Assembly: GCA_024137785.1 (NCBI GenBank)
Contig: JAHRHZ010000289.1
Coordinates: 29,059,511-29,123,510, forward strand
Reading direction: 5' to 3'
DNA from: Ginglymostoma cirratum
Taxonomy: Eukaryota
DNA length: 64,000 nt
Both the position numbers and the translations under genes were made by a program. Under the pieces are notes generated by a model, which saw nothing but the letters and a program-made list of their open reading frames with translations, ran no database searches and was not told where the DNA came from. This document shows, one piece after another, positions 24,976 to 37,605 of the stretch. The first letter of the stretch is position 1. Each line of letters starts with the position of its first letter.

Positions 24976-27139
24976 GAATTTGTCTCATTCATCGGTATTA
25001 GTGGGATTTGCTATTGTGTTTCCTTTCTTACTGCAAGATTTTGTCACTTCTTAATTTCAAGTTCAAAAGCGTTTTATACTGGTTACACTCCCCATCCTAA
25101 ATATTTCCTTTACAGGGTAGAATTTTTTAAAAAATGTTTCACAATTGTTGAGAAAAGAGATGGATCTTTTTGCAGGTAGTTCATGGTCTACAGTGTGGAG
25201 AAAGATACAAAGCAACCAACTTTTCTAGTTGGTTGCTCCTAACAGTTTCCAGGAGATTTGACTTTAATTACAGGGAGTTATTGGATGCTCCTGGAGAGTT
25301 AGTGGGATGAGAAGAGGTAAAATTGCTCTGACAAAAGTTCTGCAGACAAATTCAGCTTTTACAATTTGCAGGCCCTGACAAAACTGTATACCAATTGTTT
25401 GTTTGCATTTCCTTGTATACGTTCCAACATGTTTATGATTTTTCTGTTTAGTTTCAGAGGAAGAAATTATCTACTTGATTTAATTCAGCGATATTATTGC
25501 TGTCTGAATTACATAACTGTTTAAAAGTAGCTGCTTGGAGCAGAGGTTGTGTCTGAGGCTAGCGGTGGGCTATCATTTCAATCCACATCAAGGAGTGTTT
25601 CAGTGATTTGCCCTTTGGTTTGTGTTTTTAAACTTCCCCCTATCCTGGACGTGAACTAATAACTGTTCTTAATATGCAGATCACTCAGATTTCTGAGAGG
25701 TGAAGTTATTAAATTATTTAAAATAAAAGAGATACAGGTTCAAACTAGCAATATCCATTTCAGGATAAGGCTTGAAATTCCTTGAAATAGAATGCGTAGG
25801 GGTGATCTAATTGAGGTGCTGTGATCAGACAGATAGAAGAAAACTATTTCCGTGTAATGTTTGCATTCAGATGTACAACTACTTTACAGTTACCACACTC
25901 ACATATCCCTCAAAGTTTCAGAATGCACATATTTCAGAATTCCTCCATTCCCCCAGAATGTGTTCTCTTTAGATTTGGAGGATTATTAAGTCTTAGCCTG
26001 AGGGAGCTAGAATTTGATTCTAATCTTGACCTTGATTGGTCTGTGAGCCATTATCATCATGATGTTCCCATTGGGCTCATCACAATAAACACATTAGTAG
26101 ATGATTGTTCCTCAATTAAATTAGGTTCATATGGTTCTTCCTACATCTCTCTCAACTGTACGGAAAATATATGATTATTGTTTGTCTGTGAATTGTTGAA
26201 CTAACATACCATGCCTTTTGAAGTCCCTTCATCATGCCCATTGCCTTTAGTTGAAGTGTGGTAACTGTGCATGGTGATGTCTATCACAGTGAGTAGCCTA
26301 CAGCTCCCAATAAGACTGTTCCTGGTCACAAACATTTTTACAGATTCAATTATGAGGACCAATAATTTAATGAGACTGTATGAATGTTTGTCTTTTTCTA
26401 CAACAGAGATTTGATCATTTGGACTCCATGCCAAGTATCGCCATTTGACTATGGATGTCTTGCCAAGCAGGTAACCTGTTCAGAACTGGCTATAGGACTC
26501 TTTGCAAACTGATTTTATGTGCAGTGAACATTAAGACCCTGAGGCTACTTCTGTTGTGGTGTCATGTAACTTTTTTTGCTTCTATCCAACATGAAAAAGT
26601 GTTGACAGCAAGAAGATAATACCATCTGTCAAACATTAAGTAGACTGTTTCTCACTTGTTTCCATGGTCTAGTGAGGAAAATAATGAGGATCAGTGGCTC
26701 AGTTCTGCCTGTGAACAATGCCAGTTTCAAAGTCAGCTATGATATAGCCAAACTAATTTGAGAACTCTGGGCAGTAAACTGACAAATGAACTCTGACACT
26801 AAACTTGGAAATCCCAATATTGCATTTCATTGCAGTGCTATCCCTCAGTGAAGCTGGAATTAACAGCTTTTCATTAAAAAAATCTGCAAGTCAACTATAA
26901 TTGTGAGATGCTGTCGTTTATCAAAATAGGTTTTTATGATTAACCCACTGAACCTTTCTTTGTTCTCGGCAGCCTCAAAAATAATATCAATGAATGGCAA
27001 CAAATGCTTAGTCATTTTTTTGTTCCTATTAGATTTGATTGAACTTGTTTTAGGTTGCTGGTCACTGTAATCACTATGGTCTGAGTATACTATACAATTT
27101 CACCAACAAATTCCTCATCAGATATTGTAAAACTGTCGA

Positions 27140-28250
27140 CAGATCCTCCGGAGAGCATGTCCTCGGTCGTTTGTTGTTTTGCCTACAAATATTTTGTTTC
27201 TCAGACAAAGTCCATATGGCAGAATGAAAATTTTTGCACCTGTGTGGTCACCCTTGACAATTTTTTTTTATCTTATCAGGATTTCAATGGTTTATGGTCC
27301 ACCTCTGTGTGACATTTCAAGCAAGCAATGGAATTTGAAAATCTCCTGCACCCCATTGTGACCAAGGCAGTTTCCTTTTCCACAGCCGTGTACCATGTCT
27401 GCGTGGCCTGGAGATATAATACATTGCATTCCAATACCTAGTTTCTCCTGAAAGAGCATTACCCTTACACTCATTGCTGAAGCATCTGTAAGTATAATAG
27501 TTAGAAGGGATGGGCTGTAGTGGGGTCAGGACATCTGTAGAGGTCAGTATGTCCTTAATCTTTTAGAAAGCATCTTTCTGATCTGAGTTGCAGCATCATC
27601 CTTGTGTTCTTTTGAGGAGTTGCCTCAAAAGTTTTGCCAAGCGAGGAAAAAAATTGGCCACTTAGTTCACCATGTCTAGAAATATTTCTAAGTTATGAAC
27701 CACTTATACACTTGGAAACTCTTTAGCTGCCTTTGCCTTCTGAGGATACAGCTTTACGCCATCTAGGTCAATAATGTTCCCCAAGAAGCAACAGATTCAT
27801 TGGAGAATTCATACTTCCTGTTAATAGTATACAGCCCTGTATTTTGTAGGCATTTTGACATTACATGGTCTGTCCAATTATGTTTATTGATTGTCTCCCC
27901 AGGATGCCACCCATATGGCAGATGGCCCCATTCCAAATTTTGGAATATATGGAAATGGTACATTGCAAAATCTCTGGTGCTAAAGCAATCCCAGATGACA
28001 GTCTGTTTGAACAATATTTCCCAAATGGAATGTTAAAAGGGGTAAGCAGTCTTGACTGGTTGTTTAATGGCACTTGCTGTCACCCCTTATTGGTATCAAC
28101 CTTGGTAAAAATTCTACTTCTAAACAATTTGATTAAACTCTTATCAAGAGTAGACATGTGTTGGATTTCCCTCAATGCTGGCTTTATTGGACTACGTAAG
28201 ATCAACACTTAGCCTGATGGAAAAGTTATGATCATAGTGAAAAATAGACT
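27140..28250 (-). pseudogene. Ty3/Gypsy pol relic (RT and RNase H)
   Basis: ORF 27861-28073(-) LLTPFNIPFGKYCSNRLSSGIALAPEILQ...AICHMGGIL matches TTFITPFGRY.FNRLPFG..SAPEIFQ...CHMDDIL; downstream HYSPSLLTIILTDAS and DHKPL RNase H motifs. Confidence 0.85.
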
Positions 28251-28279
28251 ACAGTTTTTTTTTTACTTACAGTGTGATG

Positions 28280-29620
28280 TACTCTTAACTATCCTCTGAA
28301 ATGGCCTATCAAACTACTCAGTTAAATGTAGACAACTACAGGGTCTAAAGAAAAGAATGAACCTCTGCCCTCGAAATGACACCCAGCGCAGTTGACAATG
28401 TGGAGTCCTCCTTACTAAAATGTGGGGGCTTTTGCCAAATTTGGGAGAACTGTCCACAAACTACTCTAATGATGGCCTGACATAGAGAAAATGTCTCAAA
28501 ACAATGTTATTGTCATTCTTGGTCTCTCCGGTCGCTCTAGCACATCAGACTCAGCAGAGGTGACTGGATAGTGGTGTACACTTGAGAGAGAATTGATCTG
28601 GGAGTCCTCAATATTGGCTCTGGATACCATGAGGTTTCATGGCATCAGATCAAATACAGGGAATAAAAGTCTCCTGCTGATTGCCACAGACAGCTCCCAT
28701 TTGGCTGACGAATCAGTTCGCTCCCATATTAAACATCATTTGCAGAAAGAATTGAGGGCACCAAGAGCACAATATATATTCTGGGTGGGGGAACTTCAAA
28801 TTCCATCACTGGAGGAGCTTGGTTGCACCACTACTAACTGAGCTGGCCAAATCCTAAAGAATATGCTGGAACACTATTTGAGCCTGTGGTATGGCTGAGG
28901 GAACCAACAAGAAGCAAAACCTTACTTGATCTTGTCCGCACCAATCTATGTGTTACAGAAGAATCTGTTAAAGTATCAGTAGGAGTGACGACCACACAGC
29001 CATTGTGGAGACAAAGTCTCATTTTCACATTCAGGATGTCTTCTCTCATACTGTATAGCATTGTCACTATGCTAAATAGGACAAAATTTTAACAGATCAA
29101 TAACTCCAAACTAGGCACCCATGAGGTGCTGTGGGCCATTAGGAGCAGCAGAATTGTATTCAGCCTGAAATAATAACCTCTTGGCCTAGCATACCTCCCA
29201 CTCTACCATGACTGTCAAGTAGGGGGATCAACTCTGGTTCAAGGAAAGAGTGCAGCAGGTTATGCCAGAAGAAACGTCAGGCTTGTCTAAAAATGAGGTG
29301 TTAAGCTGGAAATTACAAAACAAGACTACAGGCAAACTAAGCAGCGGAAGCAGCACGCAATGGACTGGAGGAGCAGCCTTTACAAATATCCCCATCTTCA
29401 ATACTGGGGGAGACAGGTGCACGAATGCAAAATAAAAGACTAAAGTATTTGGATGCATTTTAAACCAGAAGTGAATGGAACTATCTTTCTAACAGCACCG
29501 TGGATGTGTCTACATCTCAAGGGCTGTGGCAATTCAAGAAGGCTATGACCTATTCCAGGGCAATGAAGGATGGGAAATAAATGCAAGCCTAACCAGCAAT
29601 GCAAATATTCTGTGACTAAA
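28280..29620 (+). mobile_element. Internally deleted LINE (APE endonuclease region joined to a SINE-A-type 3' tail)
   Basis: WVGE(GDFN-like) and REPTRSKTLLDLVRTN (EPTRGxNxLDL) endonuclease motifs; 3' aaggatgggaaataaatgc tail. Confidence 0.75.
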
Positions 29621-30099
29621 TGAGAATATCCTCTGATTCACAACACCAGGGACCTTTCATGGTCAAACATTGATTATAAAGACAAATCACCGACTGAAGG
29701 TGACCACAGTGATCACGTTTCCACAGGCGGAGCTAGTTCATGAAGACTTGTCATCGAAGTGACTGATTCAGTCACTAGGATTTTTATCTCCCATTCTATT
29801 TACAACTCTCTAGGAGTTTTACATATTGGGCTGAATGCTGACTGCAGACTATCCAGCTTGGTTAAAAATAATAAGCCAGAAGTGGAAAGTCATATGACAT
29901 TCCCGGATCAGATAGTCAAATTTATCTTGTTGGTGGCCAGTAATTTTTGGTTTTAAGAAATGTGTGATCTGTTAATTTACTCAGAGATGGTTTTGAACAA
30001 ACAACAATAATATTTATGATACATGTTAGAACAATCTACAATACACATAGGACTTATTTTTGACACCCAGAATTAACGAAGGGCAAACATGGATAACAA

Positions 30100-30457
30100 G
30101 GGGAATTGATGGCCTAGTGGTGTTGCCAGTAGACAATTAATGCAGAAACCAGGTAATGTTCTGGGGACCTGGGTTTGAATCACGCCAGGGCAGATGATGG
30201 CATTTGAATTTAATAAAAATCTGGAATTAGGAGTCTGATAATGACTGAGGAGCCATTATTGATTGGTGGGAAAACCCATCCAGTTCACTAATGTCCTTTA
30301 GGGAAGGAAACAGTCATCTTTACCTGGTTTGACCTAAATGTGACTCCAGACCCACAGCAATGTGGTGGACTCTTAACTGCCCTCTGGGCAAATAGGGATG
30401 GACAATAAATGCTGCTCTAGCCAGTGACGGCCTCATCCTGTGAATGAATAAATAAAA
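30100..30457 (+). mobile_element. tRNA-derived SINE, full length (family A)
   Basis: tggcctagtgg, ggtttgaatc, tail atgaataaataaaa. Confidence 0.9.
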
Positions 30458-30944
30458 GACTGTGATCGAACACACCAAAGTGCACACCACATCGTAACTG
30501 CAATCAAGACAGATCCTACTGATTACTCAGCAATTCTCCCCAAACATTCATGTGTTCTCAAATCTCACTGAACAACACAGGAGATTATAATTCTCCCCTT
30601 TTGCTGATATGCCCTTAAAACTTCCTTGCAAGAGGTGCTTCTTTCAATGGGTTAAGTTTTCCTTGACTCTGAAACTGCATTCCCATCTTCATTCATAAGC
30701 ATAATTCTGGCTCTAGTTTTCACTGACCCTGTCCTGCCCTATGTTTTCTCCTGAGTTCCCATTTTGGGAGCTAACTTCAAACAAATATTGTTTGTGAGCT
30801 TTTCTACTCCCACTCTCTCAACTGCACTGAACTATTAATGCTAACAGGCTTCTTCTGAGCTCTTCGTGGCTTCCCTGACACAATCTCAGTATGTACACTT
30901 TCTCAGCTCCCGTATAACCACTTATGGAATTTGTTCTGAAAGTA

Positions 30945-31345
30945 CAGAACCTACAGCCCAATGGCTTGAACAGAGAATTCATTAGTTTCAAAATCTCCCT
31001 ACCGCCCATCCTCATCCCATGACCAACCCGCCCTCTCATCCCTGTTTTCTTGACCTGACACAACCTGTCCATCTTCTTTCCCACCTATCCATTCCACCCT
31101 TCCCACTGACCTATCCCCACTACCCCCTACCTGCATCCACATATCACTATCCCACCTACCTCTCCCCAGCCCTACCCTCCTTCTTCTATTTATTTCACAG
31201 CTCCTTTCCACCTCCCCAGTCCTGATGAAGGGTCCCAAAATGTTGACTTTCCTGCTCCTCTAATGCTGTGTGACCTGCTGTGTTCCTCCAGCTCCACACT
31301 GTGTTGTCTCTGACTCCAGCATTTGCTGTTCTTGCTATCTCTGAC
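30945..31345 (+). mobile_element. Older PLE 3' fragment
   Basis: acagcccaatggcttgaac (LQPNG-like), C-rich UTR, cctgatgaagggtcccaaaatgttgac degenerate hammerhead. Confidence 0.8.
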
Positions 31346-32627
31346 TTCTCTTCAGTCCACACTGAGATCCCTGCACAGAATCCGTGTACGTCAGTTGTAC
31401 AGTAAACTGCTTCTATCTTCACACGGAGTCTATTTCTCTACTTTCTCCAACAGGAGGAATTGTATTTCACAAATTGTTTTTGGGAAGTGCAGACAGATTG
31501 ATGATGGTTTTGTCCTGTTAGAATTTTATAGGTTTCTATGATCTTCTCTCAATCTTCTAAACTTCAGTGAATATAGTGCTAACAAATCCAGACTATATTT
31601 ATATGTGAGTCCTGCCATTCCAGGAATCATTCTGGCAAACTTTTATTGCACTCCCTCCATAGCCAGGTTGTCTATCCTCAGTTAAGGAGACCAAAATGGT
31701 ACACAATACTGCGCATGTGGTCTCGTCAAGGTGCTGTACAATTGCCGCAAGACATCACTGCTCCTGTACTTGAATCCCCTCATTATGAAGGCAAACTTAC
31801 CATTTGCGTTCTTCAGTGCTTACTGCACCTACATGCTTACCTTCAGTGAGTCGTGTACAAAGGTACCTGCATCTTGTTGCACCTTCTCCTTTTCCAATCT
31901 ACCATCATTCGGATAATAATCTGCCTTCCTGCTTTAACTACCAAAGTGAATGACCTCACATTTATCCACATTATACTTCATCTGCCATGCATTTTCCCAC
32001 TCACTCAACTTGTCCAAATCACACTGAAACATTTCTGCATCATTCTCAGAGCTCATCTACTCAGTATTGTGCCATCTTCAAATTTGGAGGTGTTACGTTG
32101 AGTTCCCTCATCTAAATAATTAATACATATTGTAAATAGCTGGGGTCCAACTACTGATCCCTGTGCTCCTCCTCTAGTCACCATCTGTCTCTTAGAAAAA
32201 GACCTGTATATTTCTACCCTCTGTTTCCTGTCTGCCAGCCAGTTCTATATCTATGTCAGTAAACTAACCCAATCCCACTCATTTTAATTTTTTATGCTAA
32301 TCTCTTCGGTGGTACCTTATCGAAAGCCTTCAGAAAGCTGAGTGAACTACATTCACTGGCTTCCCCTCATCAACTCTATCAGTAACATCCTCTAAAAATT
32401 TCAGGAGATTTTTTAAACTTTCATAAATCTACACTGACTCTGTTCAATCCTGTCACTGTTTTCCAAGTGCTCAGTAGCTAAATCTTTTGTAATGGACTAC
32501 AGCATTTTTCCTATGACTGAGGTCAAGCAAATTAGTCTTCTTGGGGCCTGGGATTGGGGTGAGGGAGGTGGTGTGGGGGCAGGTGTAGCACTTCCCAGGC
32601 CCCAAGAAGACTTTCCACATCAAGCAG

Positions 32628-32999
32628 ATGTTCACCTGCACATCTGCTAATGTGGTATACTGCATCCGCTGTACCCGTTGTGGCTTCCTCTACATCGGGG
32701 AAACCAAGCGGAGACTTGGGGACCGCTTTGCAGAACACCTGCGCTCAGTTCGCAACAAACAGCTGCACCTCCCAGTCGCGAACCATTTCAACTCCCCCTC
32801 CCATTCCTCAGACGACATGTCCATCCTGGGCCTCCTGCAATGCCACAATGATGCCACCCGAAGGCTGCAGGAACAGCAAGTCATATTCAGCCTGGGAACC
32901 CTGCAGCCCAATGGTATCAATGTGGATTTCACAAGCTTCAAAATCTCCCCTCCCCCAACCGCATCCCAAAACCAGCCCAGCTCGTCCCTGCCTCCCTAA
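32628..32999 (+). pseudogene. Penelope GIY-YIG endonuclease domain (open frame, RT missing)
   Basis: NVVYCIRCTRCGFLYIGETKRRLGDRFAEH...VANHF...LGTLQPNGIN. Confidence 0.9.
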
Positions 33000-33240
33000 C
33001 CTGTTCTTCCACTCATCTATCCAATCCTCCCACCTCAAGCCCCACCCCCATCTCCTATCTACTAACCTCATCCCACCCCCTTGACCTATCCGTCCTCCCT
33101 GGACTGACCTATCTTCTCCCTAACTCCCCACCTACACTCACCTTTACTGGCTCCATCCCCGCCTCTTTGACTTGTCTGCCTTCTCTCTGCCTATCCTCTC
33201 CTCTATCCCTATTTATTTCAAAACCCCCTTCCCCTCCTCC

Positions 33241-33275
33241 ATTTCTGATGAAGGGTCTCGGCCCGAAACGTCAAG
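33241..33275 (+). ncRNA. Minimal type I hammerhead ribozyme motif in PLE 3' terminus
   Basis: atttCTGATGAagggtctcggcccGAAAcGTCaag, sense to the GIY-YIG ORF. Confidence 0.75.
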
Positions 33276-34329
33276 ATTTCCTGCTCCTATGATGCTGCTT
33301 GGCCTGCTGTGTTTATCCAGCTCCACACCTAGTCTATAATTCCATATTTTTTGTCTACCTTCTTTTTTAAGATAATGTTGTTATGTTCCAATCCATAAGA
33401 GCTGTTCAAAGAATCAATAAAATCTTGAAAGGTGACCACTATCATGTCTAGGACCTTTTTCTTAAGTATTATGGAATGTAGATTATTGAGACTTGGGCAT
33501 TTATTAGTCTTCAGTCCCATGACTCCCATTAATTTTGCCAAACAATTTCCCTAGTAATTGCTAACTATTACTTATAAAATTCTGTAGGATTTTCTAAAAC
33601 TTGTTGTTTAAACTCTGTGTGTCCTGAAGTTACCACTATTTCAAAATTCTTCCATTTTCTTTTGTCAGACTATGTCTTCTAAATCTTTTAAATATTCTTT
33701 TTGTTGGTTTAAATCTGCTCCACTACTTTCCTGATGCTGAGGCTTTGGCAAGAGTTAATTTAATGGTGCATAACTTCACTACCATAGAGTACATTCACTA
33801 TGATGCTTTCCCTCACCGTGAGTGCAAAGAAGTCCTTTTCACCTTTTTCCTTCCAAGCCTAATTCTTGGCACCATAATTTAACATTGTTTCTTTTTCCTT
33901 TGTCAACAAGGATTTTTAATTTTGTTAGTGGACCTCCAAAATGATTAGTTCAAGGCTGAACCTTGATTGTGGTCTTCGCCTACAGACCCATCTTCTCTTA
34001 AGACTTTGTCACTATCAAGTATAACTAGTCTTTTTATTTTGTTCCGAGTCAACATTGTCTTTCCATCGGCTCTTAGCAGTTCTGAGTTGAAGGTTTTTGC
34101 CTCAAGAACTGCTTTTGCCCTTCTGTATCTATCATGATTTCTGCTGACTGCTTCTCTGCTCAGTCATTTCCACACTGTCCTTAAAATGGTCAACTCATTT
34201 GCATTAAACATGTTTTCTCCTGGATTGAATGAATTCTTTCCATCTATCCCCCAGCTGATCATCATGCTGTAAATCATGCTATAAATGTAAATCAATAGTG
34301 CCTCAATAAAATGTGATCTATTAGACTCC

Positions 34330-34640
34330 CTACAATGTGGAAGCAGGCATTCAGCCCACCAAGTCTACACCGACCCTTCAAAGAGTACACCACCACCCCT
34401 ACCCTAAATCCATAGCCCTGCATTTCCCATGGCTAATCCACTTAACCTACATATCTCTGGACACTATGGGCAATTTAGCATGGCCAACCCACCTAACCAG
34501 CACATCTTTGGACTTTGGGAGGACACCCACTCAGACATAGTGGCAACGTGCAAACTCCACTTAGACAGTAACCCCAAGGTGGAATTGAACGTGGGTCCGT
34601 GGCACTGTGAGGCAGCAGTGCTAACCACCAATGCTGCCCC
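34330..34640 (-). mobile_element. HE1-like V-SINE
   Basis: Reverse complement reads tggttagcactgctgcctcacagtgcca..., gtggagtttgcacgtt and gtccaaagatgtgctggttagg (V-domain features). Confidence 0.85.
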
Positions 34641-35019
34641 AAATTCTACCAGTTGCCATGGTGACATTTAAACCAATGTACTAATGGCAACAGCATGGGC
34701 CTTAGGTTTACTAATCCAGTTATGCCACCAAACCCAACCCCTACTTATTTGTGGAATCAACCATTAAGTAAATGATAGATGGGATATTTTGCTGACATCA
34801 ATCTCCCTTTCTGTACTTGGTCTAAGGGTCTGTTAGTTATTAGTGGCACAGGATGAGCCACTAATGTGGCTTATGAAATAAGACCCTTGGTTTAACAACA
34901 ACAGGCAGTTTATTGCAAGGGGAACAAGTTATATTAGTTAGTTAAACATAATCACGAAATCTATCAGAAAGCAGAGATGACATATCAACTCAATTGGAAT
35001 TTCCAGCTGGACTCCTCAA

Positions 35020-35260
35020 CTTCCTCTGATGGGGAAACCCAGAACAATGGGACATAACCTCAAAATTAAAACTAAACTATTCAGGGATGATGCCAGGGAG
35101 CACTGCTTCACACAAAGGACAGCAAAAACACTTAATCGCTCTTAAAAACTGAAAAGGACATTTGAGAATTTCAAAACAGAGATTGATACATCAAGGTACT
35201 AAAGTTCACAAAATCAAAGTGGGTGGATGAACCATAAAATACAGATTAACTGTGATGTCT
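35020..35260 (+). mobile_element. Decayed CR1 3' fragment
   Basis: gggacataacctcaaaattaaa...cttcacacaaagg (RGHxLK...FTQR). Confidence 0.55.
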
Positions 35261-36399
35261 TTGGAGGAAAAGATTCAAAAGACAGAATGATCTCTCTGTA
35301 TAGTGATGTTACAGTATCCCTATTTGCAAGTTCTTCAAACAAAGCCTGATTAAAACACAGAACTGACTTCTGGATAAAATAAACAATAGTGAATAACATT
35401 TTGAAATCAGTTGAGATACAAGTTAATGCTGAGACATGAAGACTTAAGAATCTTTCTGAAAGGTAGAACTAAGATGGGTCAATGACTTTACTCCTCTATA
35501 ATTATAGTCACCTTGTGATATTGTTTCTGACATTAATATAATGGGGTTGATCATTCAACAACTAAAGAGGTATGAACGCTAATGATGATAAGTGACTGCT
35601 ATTGAATCCAAAGTGTGTTTGGATGTCCTAAGACTTGATGAGCTATCTTGTTATTTAACCTGCATTCCTTAGTTCTTCATAAATGAAGCTAAATGGTTCT
35701 TGACGTTGACTAGATTCTAAACAGAGAAACTGAATCTAATTTTCTGTACTTCCAGTCTCTAATTAGATGCTTCTCATACCACAGATTGCAATACCCCCTA
35801 ACTTATGATTAACTAACACCTTCATAAACTTGGTTGGAACACTTCAGCCAAAATCAATTCTATGAGCTGAGGAATCCCTTGCCCAGAAAATACTGTCAAA
35901 TAATTATAACTTCCCTTTTCTAAGATTCTTTGTGTAACATTTTTAAAGATTTTATTAGGAATTATTAAGAAGAACTGAATAAATTATATTAATGGGATGC
36001 GGATTGGTGTTATATTTCCTCACATCTTTCAGAAGTTCATTGTTAAGGGAAAACTTCTATAATTAATCATCATTTTATTTTATCTTGATTGAAATACATC
36101 TGTGCTTAACTTAGTCATGTCAACTTTAATGAAAATTTAAACAAATACACAGATGGAAGTCAAATATCTAGTTCAATCCAATAAAAAATTGTAACACTGC
36201 AGCTCTTAAACTACCAAAGAGCTGTTTATAAAGTTTACATTATAGAATAATTATAAAATAACTTTATAAGATAAATTATAAACCTATTGTGATCATGAAA
36301 TATGTCTTTTAGCAACTTTTCTTGTTACAATGTTCTGCCTCACCTTCAAAAGTATCTGAATGTTATGCACCAGTGAAATTTTTTCTTTCCACGTAGAGA

Positions 36400-36720
36400 T
36401 ACTGCAGTTCTTGTTCACTACTTGTAAGCTCAGCATCTTATAAGATTGTAAACCCTCCAAAGGTTTTCCAGAATTGCATTATCAGGCAAAATTTGTCACT
36501 GAACCACAAAATCATATTTGAACAAGCAAAGACTTGGTTCATGGGTTAGATCTTAAGAGTGTCCTGGAGGAGGAAAAAAGGGAAGAGAGACTGGAAGGCT
36601 TAAAGAGGAACTCCAAAGGTTTTGGGCCCAGGCAACTGATAGCATGGCTGTCAAAGATGGCATGATGGCAATCAGGAATGTGTAAGAGGCCAACACTTGG
36701 AGAAAGGCAAAAATCTCAGA
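36400..36720 (-). mobile_element. L2-like LINE 3' fragment
   Basis: tttgtcactgaaccaca...gagtgtcctggaggaggaa...aactccaaaggttttgggcccaggcaactga; paralog of 56140-56620. Confidence 0.55.
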
Positions 36721-37119
36721 CAGCTAATGTAGAATGCATTCTCTCAAGTACTAGAAAGACAAGAAAAATAGCCAGCAACAAAAACCAGCTCATGTTGAAG
36801 GCCTATCCTGGTAAAAATATAAGCAACTTGCAAAAGAATCTTCTGACAAGAATGAGGACATAGTCAAAATGCAAGGAACTTATCTTGCCAACCAGTTCAG
36901 CTGTCAAGTTCACATGCTCAGATACCAACTCATTACCAACAGACACAACAAAACATACAGCCGAGTCATCTTCCCACATGAAATATAGTCATGTTGCTTT
37001 ATTTTGCTCAAGGCCAACAGGGAAATAAGATTTAGTTTTCTTTCTTAAGGGCTCATAGATATTTGGCAACAAACAAATCACTTTCCCACTCCCCAATGTC
37101 TGTCCACCAAGCACAGTCA

Positions 37120-37605
37120 CAAGTCAGGAGTGTAATGCAATTCTTTGATCTTGTCTGGTTGAATGCAAATTAAACAACCTCTAAGAAGTTCAAAATCATC
37201 CAAAGTAGTCCACTTGATCACATCTAATCTACTACCTCCACCATCAGAGCACAGTGGCAGCAGCATATACCACCTGCAGGATGCATTGGCAAGCCGTGTT
37301 CTAAATTCACAATCTCTACTTTCGAGAAGAACAAGGGCAGCAGATGTATGGAAACACTACCAGCTGCAAATTTCCCTCCAAGTCACACTCCACGCTGACA
37401 TAGAACTATTTTGCTTTTCCTTTATTGCTATTGGGTTAAAAAAACGCCTGGATCAGTATTCCAAACAGCACTGTGGTGTACCTATGTTGTGGATTGAAGC
37501 TATTCAAAAAGATGGCTCCCCATCTACTTCCCAAGAACAATTAGCGATGAGCAACAAAAGCTGGCCTTGCCAGTGTTACTTGCATCCCATGAATAAATAA
37601 AAGAA
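37120..37605 (+). mobile_element. LINE 3' end (SINE A partner family)
   Basis: agaacaagggcagcagatgtatggaaacactacc...catcccatgaataaataaaa. Confidence 0.8.

Larger units (their letters stand above)
32534..33328 (+). mobile_element. 5'-truncated PLE with inverted 5' segment, GIY-YIG endonuclease and hammerhead-bearing 3' terminus
   Basis: 32534-32591 is inverted upstream sequence (20-bp overlap with 32593-32612); GIY-YIG ORF; hammerhead at 33241. Confidence 0.92.
31520..33560 (-). mobile_element. CR1 LINE ORF2 fragment interrupted by a PLE
   Basis: ggagaccaaaatggtacacaatact (YCVxFWSP), accttatcgaaagccttc (KAFDKV), gactgaggtcaagc...tagtctataattc (NYRxxSLTS split by the insertion). Confidence 0.85.

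Noticed and set aside
36225-36285. AT-rich palindrome ttataaagtt/aactttataa (similar at 15670-15715)
   Set aside because: Expected by chance in low-complexity AT-rich sequence
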